Numbered from the stretch's first letter, positions 38,350 to 49,301 are shown. The stretch is DNA of 64,000 nt from Waterburya sp. (GCA_965217895.1 CBDCJV010000002.1:3488001-3552000); one strand, 5' to 3'. Numbers and translations: made by a program. Notes: a model not told the origin generated them from the sequence alone.

Positions 38350-40239
38350 ATGAAATCCATTAAACCTTGGCAGGTAGGAATTTTAATCTTGCCGATTGCA
38401 ACTATCGTCATTTTTCTATTAGTTGCAGCAGGTTCACAAATTCATAATTGGGGTATTAATTGGATTTGGGGTGTCGTCGTCTTAGTATTTGCTTTATGGC
38501 GATGGTTACTGGTGAAGTGGACAAAGCCTCCTTTAGCTGAGATTCAAGAGGCGATAGACGAAATTAATCAGGAATTGTCACAAGAGCCAGAGATAGAAGC
38601 AGTAGGAAGTAAGGAAAAGCAATTACAAGCCTCTTTAGAACAAATTATTGCTAAAACCAGAGCCGATGAACCAGTTTGGGAAGATTGGCAGACTTTTTGG
38701 CAACGGTGTCAAGAGTTGTTAGTTGCGATCGCTCATATATATAATCCCAGTGTTAAACGTCCTTTGCTTAATATTTACATTCCCCAGGCTTACGGCTTGA
38801 TTCGTGGGACGGTAGATGACACGGATCGCATGATGCAAAAGCTTTCCCCTGTTTTAAACCGAGTATCTATCGGACAGGCTTATGAAGCTTATGAAGTTTA
38901 TCGTCGGCTAGAGCCATCGGTACGTAAACTAGGTCAGGTATTTGATTGGTCACAATGGTTAATTAATCCCGCAGTAGCAGTTGCCAAAGGAGCTACCAAG
39001 AAATTTAGCAACCAGGCAAATCAAGAACTATTGCTTAATCTGGGTCAATTAATGCGGGAAACGGCATTAAAAAATTTGGCACAACAGGCGATCGCTCTTT
39101 ATGGTGATGAAACCATTACTATTCCTGAAGTCGCCTCGAATTATGCCCTGCCGAAAACCGAAACTCAAACTCTTAAGCAAATTCTAGAGTCTGCCGAATC
39201 ACCTCAAAAAGTAGCCCAAAAGCCCGTCAATATTATTTTAGTAGGGCGTACAGGTGCAGGCAAAAGCAGCCTGATTAATACTCTGTTTCAAGCCGACAAA
39301 GCTGAAGTAGATGTTTTGCCCAGTACCGATAAAATTAAAAACTATCGTTGGCAAACTCCTAGGGGAGAAGTTCTGAATTTACTAGATACTCCTGGTTATG
39401 AACAGGTAAATCGTTCTGAATTGCGAGAAAAAGTTTTAGACTATGCAGCTACAGCAGACTTGCTATTATTGGTTACTCCCGCTCTCGATCCTGCTCTACA
39501 AATGGATCTTGATTTCTTAGAAACCTTAAAAAAGGATCTGCCTGATTTAAGTGCTGTAGGAATTGTTACCCAAGTCGATCGCCTGCGCCCAATTCGTGAG
39601 TGGAATCCTCCTTATAACTGGCAAGAAGGGACAAAACCCAAAGAAATATCTATCCGAGAGGCAACTATTTATCGCGCCGAATTATTAGGAAATATCTGCG
39701 ATTTGATTTTACCAATAGTCACAGAAGATCGCACCAGCGATCGCGCTGCTTGGGGTGCAGAAGCCTTGTCTAAGGAGTTAATCCAGGCGATCGCACCAGC
39801 TAAACAGCTTCGTCTAGCAAGATTTTTACGGGATTTGGAAGCTCGCAGCACAGCAGCAGCTAAAATTATCGATCGTTATACTCGTCAAATGGCAACTAGC
39901 CAGGGTTTAACTGCTTTTCTTAAAAGCCCCGTACTGCAATTTATTTCCACTATGACTACAGGAAATCCCACCCTCGCCTATGTTTTAGCCGAGCAAATTC
40001 CTGTAGAACAGTTGCCCGTGGTTATTGGTAAACTACAAATGGCTTATGACTTATATATGTTGCTCAAGGATGAACCCAATCTCAGCAACTTTGATTTACG
40101 TTCTTTATGGTCATTGCTTTTAGACGACAATGAAGTAGAAAATCTCAACACCTGGGCTTTTGGTCACGCTTTAGTCGAATATTGGACTAAAAATCTCAAT
40201 TCCCAGCAACTGCGCGAGCGCTATCAATTCTATATTTAG
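38350..40239 (+). CDS. Membrane-anchored GTPase family protein (Era/MMR_HSR1-like domain)
   Basis: Two N-terminal TMs; GRTGAGKSS, DTPG, TQVD. Confidence 0.85.
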   Translation: MKSIKPWQVGILILPIATIVIFLLVAAGSQIHNWGINWIWGVVVLVFALWRWLLVKWTKPPLAEIQEAIDEINQELSQEPEIEAVGSKEKQLQASLEQIIAKTRADEPVWEDWQTFWQRCQELLVAIAHIYNPSVKRPLLNIYIPQAYGLIRGTVDDTDRMMQKLSPVLNRVSIGQAYEAYEVYRRLEPSVRKLGQVFDWSQWLINPAVAVAKGATKKFSNQANQELLLNLGQLMRETALKNLAQQAIALYGDETITIPEVASNYALPKTETQTLKQILESAESPQKVAQKPVNIILVGRTGAGKSSLINTLFQADKAEVDVLPSTDKIKNYRWQTPRGEVLNLLDTPGYEQVNRSELREKVLDYAATADLLLLVTPALDPALQMDLDFLETLKKDLPDLSAVGIVTQVDRLRPIREWNPPYNWQEGTKPKEISIREATIYRAELLGNICDLILPIVTEDRTSDRAAWGAEALSKELIQAIAPAKQLRLARFLRDLEARSTAAAKIIDRYTRQMATSQGLTAFLKSPVLQFISTMTTGNPTLAYVLAEQIPVEQLPVVIGKLQMAYDLYMLLKDEPNLSNFDLRSLWSLLLDDNEVENLNTWAFGHALVEYWTKNLNSQQLRERYQFYI

Positions 40240-40500
40240 CTTCCAAGCGGTTTTACTCTCGTTAGCACTACCTAAAAAACTGGTTTCACTGCCGTCTGTA
40301 TATGTAATAATTCCTGCCTTACCGTGAATTAGCCCAAATACTTCATCGGGAAGTACCCGCACCTGCATTTTGTCCTGAGCTAGAAACTCGAACAGTCGGG
40401 CAAAGCGAGGATGAGATAGTTCTGGTAATTTTTTGGGTTTACCTGCACACCAAGAACGACGGATGGCGGTACGGGAAGCTTTAGCGGTTTCTACATCTTG
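40233..40500 (-). pseudogene. Internal fragment of a PLD-like nuclease(-helicase) defence gene
   Basis: QDVETAKA...RRSWCAGKP...FGLIHGKAGIIT...FLGSANES; HxK and GSAN PLD-type motifs; no start or helicase part. Confidence 0.65.
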
Positions 40501-40758
40501 GACGAAAAGATCGGAGTTACAAACTACTCTAATTGTTCCATCATCAAAAAAGAACTACTAGCCGCCATTGAAGTTGCTTCTGATGAAGTACTTGCCCAGA
40601 CTCTTTTCCTTAAAAAATCTTTAAACACAGTAGGAAATACATCTTTATCTAGAGAGTACCCAAGTTCACTTGATCGTTTTACAAAATTTTTGCAATCTGA
40701 AGGTTTTTATGAAGATGAGTATATTGATCGCTGCATGGCAGAAATCGAAAATAAATGA
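40498..40758 (+). CDS. Hypothetical protein or possible antitoxin remnant
   Basis: Stop overlaps the PIN start (ATGA); start uncertain. Confidence 0.4.
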   Translation: MDEKIGVTNYSNCSIIKKELLAAIEVASDEVLAQTLFLKKSLNTVGNTSLSREYPSSLDRFTKFLQSEGFYEDEYIDRCMAEIENK

Positions 40759-41294
40759 TTGTCGCAGTTATTGATTCCTGCATCATTTTCGGAATGCCTT
40801 TGTGCGATACACTTTTGAGAGCCGCAGAACAAAATTTATATCGAATTATTCTATTTCAAAAAATACTTGAAGATGCCACTCGCAACATGGTTATCAAAAG
40901 TAAACTCAAAAGCGATCAAGAGCAATATTACCAGCAACAAATTCTAAATGCCTTTGCCGATTGTTTTGTAGAAGCTCCACCAAACCTGATTGAATCGATA
41001 ACTAATGCCACATCTGATCGCCACGTTGCGGCAACTGCGATCGCTAGCAATGCTAGTTATATTGTAACTTTCAATCTCAAAGATTTTTCTCAGACTTCCC
41101 TCGCTAACTACGATCTCGATGCCATACACCCCGATCTGTTTTTAAAATTATTATGCGATCGATGGGGAGATGAAAGATTATACCGACTGATTTGTCAACA
41201 ATCGAACGCTCTCCAAAATCCCCCTATTTCTCCTGAGTTACTTTTGAATAAACTAGCGCGTCAACAATGCGATCATTCAAATTTGAAGTTTTGA
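40755..41294 (+). CDS. PIN-domain protein
   Basis: AVIDSCII, DRHVAATAI, IVTFNLKDF, HPDLFL. Confidence 0.85.
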   Translation: MIVAVIDSCIIFGMPLCDTLLRAAEQNLYRIILFQKILEDATRNMVIKSKLKSDQEQYYQQQILNAFADCFVEAPPNLIESITNATSDRHVAATAIASNASYIVTFNLKDFSQTSLANYDLDAIHPDLFLKLLCDRWGDERLYRLICQQSNALQNPPISPELLLNKLARQQCDHSNLKF

Positions 41295-41649
41295 TTTATT
41301 TTGTCTTGCGGAGCAAATTCTCCTCTATAGAGGCGATGTCCAGTTTTCCTATGAGATCGCCATAAATAACAATTATCTAATAGTCACCGAATGTTCTAGA
41401 TTTTCCGAGAAGGAAGCCCAATCAATTGCACCTTCGGTATCGGCTTTTGGAGATGCCCTAATTTTGCTCAAATCTGGTTTATAAGTTACTCTGACGTACT
41501 CGGTAAGGCTTCTTGATGTCGAATGTATCTTGCCACCTGTTCGGCTTTTACCTTGAATGATTCACCAGTAGAAAGCCAAGTCGCAAAGGTTTCTTGTAGC
41601 CCTTCTTCTCGTTCTTCTCCAGTCAAAGATTCATCGTCGGCGATCGCAC

Positions 41650-42264
41650 TAATCGCATCATCTACAACTAACCCTGTGGCTAGAATCAAGCCAAACAAAG
41701 TCAAACTATTGAGTGAAAATCCAAAGATAAAAGCAAACCCCAATGCACCTATTAGTGATACGGGAATTGCCACGGCGGGAATAACGGTGGTGCGCCAATC
41801 TTGGAGGAAGATAAAGATAATGATGATTACTAGAGCGATCGCCTGAAGTAAGGTTATAAAAATCTCAAAATTTTAACTACCAAATTTTCAAACTCAGCTT
41901 TACCTTGAAGACGACCTTGAATCTTAACTGGTAGCTCATAATCTTGATCTCCAGGGTTAGGCTCTTGACCGATAGAACCTGCACCCACTACTACGTTTTG
42001 CGAACTAACCGCTTGAGATACATCCAATACGGTTAATCCTCTAGCTGCTAAAGCTTGAGAGTCTAGCCAGAGACGCATCGCATTTTGTTTTGCGCCGAAT
42101 ACGGTAACGTCTCCAACCCCCTCAATCCGCTTTAAAACATTAGTGACATTGGCATCAACATAGTTACTAACGAAAATGTCATTGTAGACTCCTTTTTCAC
42201 TATAAATACCAAAGATCAAGAGGATGCTACTAGATGCTGCTTCAGTAGTAACCCCCCAAGTTTG
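41650..42264 (-). pseudogene. RND (AcrB-like) efflux permease fragments
   Basis: GVGDVTVFG...AMRLWLD, internal deletion, then FLQDWRTTVIPAVAIPVSLIG...GLVVDDAI; truncated at both ends. Confidence 0.85.
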
Positions 42265-42872
42265 GTAGGGCTGTTTCATTCTAAAGCTAAAGTGGGTTAA
42301 ATTGATTTAAAGAACTAATTTAACCGCTTAATGACTTTAAAAAACTTTGATAAAAGCTTAATTGACTATCTAAAACAAATACCTGATGAACGAAAAGCTG
42401 GTGGTCGAAGGCATTCTTTGTGGCTGATATTATTGATAACGATTTTAGGCATAATGAGCGGTTATTGGGGATATCGAGGTTTGGGCAGATTTGTCGAACG
42501 GCATCGCCGTCAATTAATTGAAACGCTCAAAATCCCACAAGCTAGAGTTCCATCTTATTCGACAATGAGAAGGGTAATGATGAGCTTAGACTATGAGGCA
42601 GTAACTCAAGTATTTAATGAATGGGCATCTCAGTATACTCACAATAGTCAAGGTCAATGGATTGCAATTGATGGCAAAAGTTTGAAAAATACTGTCAACG
42701 ACTGTTATGGACAACAGCAAAACTTCGTCATGATGGTTTCGATTCTATGACCGAGGCAATCAGTTATTTAAGCCATAATTTGCCATTATTACTTCCTTTG
42801 TGCCACTGATAGGAATAGTAAATATACTTATTCGCGATCGCATTTCTTTTTTAGAGAATGAAACAGCCCTAC
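42265..42872 (+). mobile_element. ISAs1-family element, internally deleted
   Basis: Perfect 18-bp TIR gtagggctgtttcattct / agaatgaaacagccctac; truncated transposase 42331..42750 (IPDER...GRRH, PSYST, IAIDGKSL). Confidence 0.88.
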
Positions 42873-43065
42873 TCCTCAACGGGGGGAGAGACTTGGGTTT
42901 GTATGATGACTAGTCATAATCCTTGTTATAGGAGTTCCTGCACTCTCACGGATATTCAGTTATCATGGTTCAGATTTGACTTGCTGTATAGCAATTAGCC
43001 ATTACCATGTTAGTAGTCCTCGTACTAAATAATTAATACTTTTATACTAAACGAGTCGCACGTAT

Positions 43066-43563
43066 ATGATTCCGTTGAAACCAGAAATCGAGCAGGAGTC
43101 ATATCAACATTTAATTACAAAAACAGATTTATTTGAATTGATAAACAATTTATGCAGGAGATATCATCGAGATCTGGTGAACAAAAACTTTGCTCATATC
43201 AGGCAATATTTTCCAAGGTTTGCTACTGAGCAAAAATATAGAGATTATCAAAAATACTTTACTAATAATTTTGATATTATTTATCTGCCTAAAATTCTAG
43301 AGATAGCTGTAGTTAGCTTTAAAGCTGAAGCTAATATTTTTAGAGTTCAAATTAATGCAGAGATAATAAATTTTGCCATTTCTGCTTCAGGATATGTGTT
43401 GGCTGGTGAACCGCAAACTCAAAAATACAGCGAATATTGGGATATTGAAATTATTGCCAATGATGAATATTACATTAAAGAAATTAGTGACACAGTGGCT
43501 ACTCAAATTTTGCAAGGAGATTTGCAAGCAAAGCGAGAAACTTATCAAATAGGTGGTGTTTAA
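43066..43563 (+). CDS. Hypothetical protein, possibly Tim44/NTF2-like and possibly 5'-truncated
   Basis: 165-aa ORF; YSEYWDI motif near the C-terminus. Confidence 0.5.
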   Translation: MIPLKPEIEQESYQHLITKTDLFELINNLCRRYHRDLVNKNFAHIRQYFPRFATEQKYRDYQKYFTNNFDIIYLPKILEIAVVSFKAEANIFRVQINAEIINFAISASGYVLAGEPQTQKYSEYWDIEIIANDEYYIKEISDTVATQILQGDLQAKRETYQIGGV

Positions 43564-44094
43564 AACGGGTGCATTATATCAATTGAGAATTAACAATTAA
43601 CAATTAAAACTATTTTCTAAGCGACAGGATGACAGACTTCTATTGATGTAAAATCGACAAAATTAATCTCTATTACTTTACCTGTACAGATAGATTTGTA
43701 GAAAAGCGATGCTACCTCGCTGGAATTTCCCCAGTATGATAAAGGACTTGTCCGTATATAGCAACTGACCTGCGCCCCCCTCTCGTTCAATACTTAAATT
43801 CTCTTGTTTTAACCAGAGGTAAAACTTTTGACTTTTCAGCCTTTCTTTCAATTTTTGTCGAACTCTCACCTGTGTTGCTAAGTCATATTGCGGATTTTTT
43901 GCTCATATTTAGAGCATTTAGTTAAGTCAAATGACTGATGTTTTGCTCAACCACAACACTTAATATGATTAAAGATACTTCTCGAACATTTCCAGAGCTT
44001 ACATAGTGAGAATAAATTGTAGGCTCTGGTTTTACTTTTTACCCATTGCTATCTAAACTGAGCATAATAGCTATTATTGTTTATTATTCGACTA

Positions 44095-44892
44095 TTGGCG
44101 AAACAGCGATTAGATAAATTATTAGTCAGTCTTGAACTTTGTGATTCTCGCGCTTTGGCACAAAGTTTAATTAGAGCAGGAAAAGTAAAAGTCAATCAAG
44201 AAATTATTGATAAGCCAGGCACTGAAGTAAAGCTTGATGCCCAAATTGAGGTCAAGGAAAAGCCTCCTTATGTATCTCGTGGCGGTAAGAAATTAATCAA
44301 AGCTCTGCAAGCCTTTAATATTGATGTGCAAGACCGAATTTGTTTAGACGGTGGGATCTCTACAGGAGGATTTACCGACTGCTTATTACAGTCTGGAGCA
44401 AAGCTAGTTTACGGAATTGATGTCGGTTATGGACAGGTTGCCTGGAGCATTCGTACGTGCGATCGCGTTATCCTCAAAGAAAGAACTAACATACGCCATT
44501 TAGCTCCTAATCAGCTATACAACGATGGGACAATGGCAGATCTAGGAGTAATGGACTTATCGTTTATCTCTTTAACTAAAGTACTTGAGCCTTTGTGGAA
44601 TCTATTAACGACTCCAAAAGAAGCAGTACTTTTAGTCAAACCTCAGTTTGAAGTAGGACGAGCCAGAGTGGGCAAAAAAGGTGTGGTGCGTAACCTCGAT
44701 GATCGAGCCTCCGCTATCTTACAGGTTTGGCAATCAGCCCAAAAGCTAGGTTGGCAATACCAAGGACTGACCAGATCTCCCATTACTGGGCCTGCGGGTA
44801 ATGTCGAGTATTTATTATGGTTAAAAGCTGACCCTGCTTTAGAACCTAAATCCTTAGATTTGGCAAAAATCAAACAGATAGTTGATGAGTAA
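44095..44892 (+). CDS. tlyA: TlyA family rRNA methyltransferase
   Basis: KQRLD S4 domain, YVSRGG, DGGISTGGFTD, DVGYGQ, KPQFE, GPAGNVE. Confidence 0.93.
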   Translation: MAKQRLDKLLVSLELCDSRALAQSLIRAGKVKVNQEIIDKPGTEVKLDAQIEVKEKPPYVSRGGKKLIKALQAFNIDVQDRICLDGGISTGGFTDCLLQSGAKLVYGIDVGYGQVAWSIRTCDRVILKERTNIRHLAPNQLYNDGTMADLGVMDLSFISLTKVLEPLWNLLTTPKEAVLLVKPQFEVGRARVGKKGVVRNLDDRASAILQVWQSAQKLGWQYQGLTRSPITGPAGNVEYLLWLKADPALEPKSLDLAKIKQIVDE

Positions 44893-44922
44893 AAACTAAT
44901 GAGTTTACTTGACGACTAACGA

Positions 44923-45312
44923 CTAACTAATCAAAGTATCTTTAGCACCTTTTGGTTGTCGTCTTTTTGACTGTTCGCTCTTAGAGCTTGATTGATCTTG
45001 ACCAGATGATGTTTCTATTTTGATTAAAATTTTTGGTCCAGAAGCTGCCAGACGAAAAATCATGCCATCAAGAGCTTTAGTTTGTTCAACCCGTTGCCCA
45101 TCTATATAAGTGCCGTTAGAACCGAGATTTACTACTTCCCACTCATCTTCTCCTGATTTTCTAATCTCAACATGATTGCGAGATACGACAGCACTATAGA
45201 GAACCACCTCATTATTGGTGGCACGACCAATTTTGATACTTGGTTCGTCATGAAAACTCCAGCTTTGAACTGCTACTGATTGAAGAGGATGTAATAAAGT
45301 TAATGTAATCAC
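44923..45312 (-). CDS. FHA-domain protein
   Basis: IGR, VSRNH, SNGTY. Confidence 0.9.
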   Translation of the reverse strand: MITLTLLHPLQSVAVQSWSFHDEPSIKIGRATNNEVVLYSAVVSRNHVEIRKSGEDEWEVVNLGSNGTYIDGQRVEQTKALDGMIFRLAASGPKILIKIETSSGQDQSSSKSEQSKRRQPKGAKDTLIS

Positions 45313-45538
45313 AGATACGTCCTTTAAAGGAGAGCTTATGGTCTAAAAGCCAGAAGAAAAAGTTCTGGTGATAAATGTATTTAGGACACTATATATTTGG
45401 GCATATTTTTAATTCAGAACATAAAAATAAGCAAATTTACAATTTCAATACTAGCCGATCGCGACAATTGTGTCTTATATTTGGCTGCATAGTGGGTAAA
45501 ATATAGCAAAAATTACAGCAGCCTGACGCTAATTATCG

Positions 45539-45862
45539 TTAACGCCAATTTTTATTCTCTAAATCTCTTATTTGACGCTCAAGGCGATCGATACGTCCTC
45601 GTAACTCATCCATTTCTGCCTGACGTGGTACTCCCAAATCTTGGAGCATATTTTTCATCTGTCTTTCAACCTGCTTTTGCACTCCCCCAGACTCCGTATT
45701 TAGCTGAGACATAAAATCGTCTACCAAGGATTTTGCCTGATCGGAATTAAGTTTGCCGTCTCTAACCCATTCATCACTAACTTCTTTGATTTTTTCTGCC
45801 ACTAAAGAAGTTGTGCCAATCCCAACCATTAGTAACTGCTTTAGCCAATCATTATTATCCAT
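45539..45862 (-). CDS. Phasin-family protein
   Basis: GIG, LGVPRQAEMDELRGRIDRLE. Confidence 0.75.
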   Translation of the reverse strand: MDNNDWLKQLLMVGIGTTSLVAEKIKEVSDEWVRDGKLNSDQAKSLVDDFMSQLNTESGGVQKQVERQMKNMLQDLGVPRQAEMDELRGRIDRLERQIRDLENKNWR

Positions 45863-45948
45863 TCGTATATATCCTCATCTTTATTTACTATGTTATTAGA
45901 TCGTAGAATAGCTCAACGTAAATATAACTAATTTCTTTGTAAAATTAT

Positions 45949-46269
45949 ATGGTTATTGAATGGCTCAAGTTTAGAGTAGACCCTAAATCGCGGGAACAGT
46001 TTATCCAACAAGATGAAGCGATCTGGACTGCTGCACTTTCAACTTATCCTGGCTATATCGGCAAAGAAGTTTGGATTGAACCGACTGCACCTGCCAAAGT
46101 AATTTTTATTATTCGTTGGCAAACTCGCCAACAGTGGAAATCAATTCCGATGAAGGATTTGGCAGCTATTGAACAAAAGTTTTCCCAAGCAATGCGAAAA
46201 ATGAACATCAGCTACAAAATGACGGAAAGTAAAGAATTTCAAATCCGCAAATTCCCCTCAAATCAATGA
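45949..46269 (+). CDS. Cyanobacterial ABM-like protein (TIGR03792-type)
   Basis: MVIEWLKF...GKEVW...W..RQQWKSIP. Confidence 0.75.
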   Translation: MVIEWLKFRVDPKSREQFIQQDEAIWTAALSTYPGYIGKEVWIEPTAPAKVIFIIRWQTRQQWKSIPMKDLAAIEQKFSQAMRKMNISYKMTESKEFQIRKFPSNQ

Positions 46270-46354
46270 ACAATGATCAATAAACAATTATCAATTCTTT
46301 GCTCATCCATACATACGACTCAAGCCTTTGTCCCTTATCCATCATCCCTTTACA

Positions 46355-46717
46355 ATGCTTACTTGTCCCAGATGTAAACAGCCTGTAGATTCTCAAGCAG
46401 CCACTTGTCCTCACTGTAACAATCAGTTAAAAGCTTTTGGTCATCCAGGTATGCCTTTGTACCAATCAACAAACAAAGAAGCGTTGTGCGATCGCTGTAC
46501 CTATCACCTTGATGATACCTGCAATTTCCCTCAACGCCCTAATGCTCAAAGCTGTACCCTCTTTCATGACTATTCAATACCTTTAGTCCCAGAAGCGGAT
46601 ATTCCTGCCAGCAAAGAGGGTTGGGCAGGAATTAAAAACCGGCTCTATCGCCATCGGGGTTTAGTTGCGATCGCACTTTTGATTCTTGTATGTGTGATAT
46701 TTGTTTGGGCTAGATAA
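46355..46717 (+). CDS. Zinc-ribbon protein with C-terminal TM
   Basis: CPRC...CPHC, additional Cys cluster, hydrophobic C-terminus. Confidence 0.75.
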   Translation: MLTCPRCKQPVDSQAATCPHCNNQLKAFGHPGMPLYQSTNKEALCDRCTYHLDDTCNFPQRPNAQSCTLFHDYSIPLVPEADIPASKEGWAGIKNRLYRHRGLVAIALLILVCVIFVWAR

Positions 46718-46723
46718 AATAAT

Positions 46724-47959
46724 TCAAGATTTTATTTTTTTCTGATCTAAGCGTGCTGCTGCTTCTAGTGCGGATTTGTTCCTAGCCCTTTGAGCATAAT
46801 GCTCTAGCTGCTTTATTTCCATCCCGCCTAAAATACTCAAGTCTTCTAAGTCTATTCCTCTCATTAGCATTTCTACACACCAGGTTTGTCTGGCTTGTTC
46901 AATTGTAGGCGGTTCTCCTTGAGGCGTTAACAAGTCTGCGGTTAGCTTTTGCCAAGTGCTGGCTAATTCTGCCCTGGCGATCGCCTCACCTGCATCACTA
47001 ATAAATATTGCTGCTCGATCGTCTTTACGGCTTTTGAGCCATTGAGTCAAAGGATTGATAGAACTTGAGCCATAGCGGTAGCCCATAATCCAGCGATTTA
47101 TAGGCACTTGACGCACTTTTCCATAATTAATTTGTAAGATATTTTGCTGGGGTTCAACCACCGAATGCGATCGCTCTAGGTGCAAGACTTCTTCTACAGA
47201 CAAGCCTGCGCCGAACAAAACATACATCAGAGCAAATTCCTGTCTGCCAGCTTTTTTTGCCTGACGAAACAGCGATCGCACTAAGCTGGCTGGTAAATCA
47301 GCTACTTCTGGCGGTTCGACTTTGACAATACTAGTTTCGCTAACCTCTAATTCGGAAGCAGATGTAGTAAAACCTTGTAAAAATAAAGTCACCAGACTGG
47401 CTAAAAAATCATCCTGTTCATCCCAAAGAGTATAGCCTTCGCAGCTAGACTGGACGACAAAATAACCCATCAAGATAAAGTTTAGGAGGTTGACAATTTG
47501 CTCAGGAGTTAAACTGCTATCTAACTCTTCTTTGGCGATCGCTTCTTCTAAATACTCGGCTACATAACGATTAGCTTCACTCAACCCTTTTCCCAAAGCT
47601 AAACGATTTTCGATAGGATAGTTTCCCGATTCCCCGACAATAGAACGAACTAAATCTGGTGCTTTTTCTAGGGTACGCAAGCTTTCTTGAGCATATTCCT
47701 GTAGAAACTCTGCCACACTATCTTTAGCATTTGCCTGTTCTACTAAGGCATGAACTAGTCTAGCAAATACCGCTGAATCTTCGATCACGGCTAAAAGCAA
47801 GCGATACTTGTTGCCAAAATTGCGAAATAGAGTTACTTCATTTACCTGAGCGCGTTCAGCAACAGCTTTAGTAGTAGTTTCGGTAACACCTCGCTCGGCA
47901 AATAAGTCTAAGGCAGCTTCAATTAATCGGGCTTTGGTGGATTTTCGGGGGGTTGACAT
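46724..47959 (-). CDS. TetR-family regulator fused to a degenerate tyrosine-recombinase domain
   Basis: TetR HTH (VNEVTLFRNFGNK); C-terminal GAGLSVEEV...RQVP...QARQTW...EHY; likely start MSTPRK. Confidence 0.82.
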   Translation of the reverse strand: MSTPRKSTKARLIEAALDLFAERGVTETTTKAVAERAQVNEVTLFRNFGNKYRLLLAVIEDSAVFARLVHALVEQANAKDSVAEFLQEYAQESLRTLEKAPDLVRSIVGESGNYPIENRLALGKGLSEANRYVAEYLEEAIAKEELDSSLTPEQIVNLLNFILMGYFVVQSSCEGYTLWDEQDDFLASLVTLFLQGFTTSASELEVSETSIVKVEPPEVADLPASLVRSLFRQAKKAGRQEFALMYVLFGAGLSVEEVLHLERSHSVVEPQQNILQINYGKVRQVPINRWIMGYRYGSSSINPLTQWLKSRKDDRAAIFISDAGEAIARAELASTWQKLTADLLTPQGEPPTIEQARQTWCVEMLMRGIDLEDLSILGGMEIKQLEHYAQRARNKSALEAAARLDQKKIKS

Positions 47960-48077
47960 AAAGATGAAATCGATATCTAAGACAAACTCGCTCAAGCTGA
48001 ACATCATTTATTTCAGCTATTTGCCTCTATTTTAGGCAAACATATAATTTTCATGACTGTTAGTTTAAACTAAAGAA

Positions 48078-48142
48078 TGCAAGTACTACTTGCAAAAAAA
48101 AAATGCACCTGCTAAACTGCAATTATGTAAGTGACACTTGCA
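48078..48142. promoter_or_regulatory. Two 17-bp palindromic operator candidates
   Basis: TGCAAGTAcTACTTGCA (48078-48094) and TGTAAGTGaCACTTGCA (48126-48142) between the divergent tetR-int and desaturase genes. Confidence 0.65.
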
Positions 48143-48251
48143 GAACTTATTTAAAGTAAAAACTATAAGCACAGCGAGAGTCTCATAGTATACGCGACCA
48201 GCGTAATCCCTAAAGCTCACAACTTAGAATATTTTTAGGATTAGTTTAATA

Positions 48252-49106
48252 ATGACACAGCAATTAATTGCTCCCAAGAGTCAGCCATCAAGCCAGCCAG
48301 TGGCTCAACCAGAAGAAAAACTAAAATTATCTTGGGTTAACATCTTCTTTTTCGCTGCATTTCATCTTATTGCCTTAACCGCACCTTGGTTTTTCTCTTG
48401 GTCTGCTTTAGGTGTAGCAATCTTTTTTCATTGGTTGTGCGGTAGCATTGGTATCTGTTTGGCATATCACCGCATCTTAACTCATCACAGTTTGGAAGTA
48501 CCTAAATGGTTAGAGCGTATTTTAGTGACCTGCGGCGCGCTGGCACTCCAAGGTGGTCCTATTTTTTGGGTAGCAGGACATAGTTTGCACCACGCTCACA
48601 CAGAAGATAACGATAAAGATCCTTACTCGGCAAAAAAAGGTTTTTGGTGGAGTCACATGGGCTGGTTGATGTATAAGCAAGACAAATATTTTGACTACGA
48701 CCAATACAAGAAATATGCACCTCGCGCAGACAGAGATCCCTACTATCGTTGGTTAAACAAGTACTATATCCTAGTACAAATCGCTCTTGGTTTAGCCTTA
48801 TTAGCTATAGGCGGTTGGTCTTTTGTTATTTACGGTATCTTTGTCAGAGCAGTGACATTGTGGCACTGTACTTGGCTTGTCAATAGTGCAACTCACTTCT
48901 GGGGCTACAAAAACTTTGAATGTGAAGATGGTTCTCTAAACAATTGGTGGGTAGGTATATTGGCTTATGGCGAAGGCTGGCACAACAACCACCACTTCAA
49001 TCCTCGTGTTGCCAAAGCTGGTCAACGCTGGTGGGAAGTTGATGTTACCTGGTGGGCAATTAAAGTCCTAAAAAGTTTAGGATTAGCCAAGAAAGTCGTG
49101 ATGTAA
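48252..49106 (+). CDS. desC: Acyl-lipid delta-9 desaturase (DesC-like)
   Basis: His boxes YHRILTH, HSLHH, GEGWHNNHH. Confidence 0.85.
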   Translation: MTQQLIAPKSQPSSQPVAQPEEKLKLSWVNIFFFAAFHLIALTAPWFFSWSALGVAIFFHWLCGSIGICLAYHRILTHHSLEVPKWLERILVTCGALALQGGPIFWVAGHSLHHAHTEDNDKDPYSAKKGFWWSHMGWLMYKQDKYFDYDQYKKYAPRADRDPYYRWLNKYYILVQIALGLALLAIGGWSFVIYGIFVRAVTLWHCTWLVNSATHFWGYKNFECEDGSLNNWWVGILAYGEGWHNNHHFNPRVAKAGQRWWEVDVTWWAIKVLKSLGLAKKVVM

Positions 49107-49188
49107 AATTAACTGAAAAATTTATAGCGATCGCGAAGATAGCCGAAGGCATCGCTTTTGTTTAAGGTCTATTTACCGTATGTAACTA

Positions 49189-49229
49189 GCTGAGATACTC
49201 GAATTATGTTTCCAGAAGAGTATCTCAGC
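49189..49229. terminator. Hairpin between the convergent desaturase and cellulose synthase genes
   Basis: gctgagatactc / gagtatctcagc 12-bp stem, T-rich tail on +. Confidence 0.5.
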
Positions 49230-49301
49230 CTTTGTTTTCTTTCTCATTTTCGTCGAACTCACGTCAAAAAGAGAAGAAAGGCATCAAGTTATGACTTTTG
49301 A

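Noticed and set aside
41486..41773. 95-aa ORF as a real gene
   Set aside because: Chimera of an AcrB fragment and unrelated sequence joined near HIP1 41640.
43678..43869. 63-aa ORF or possible IS remnant
   Set aside because: No recognisable motif or paired terminal repeats; neither call can be supported.
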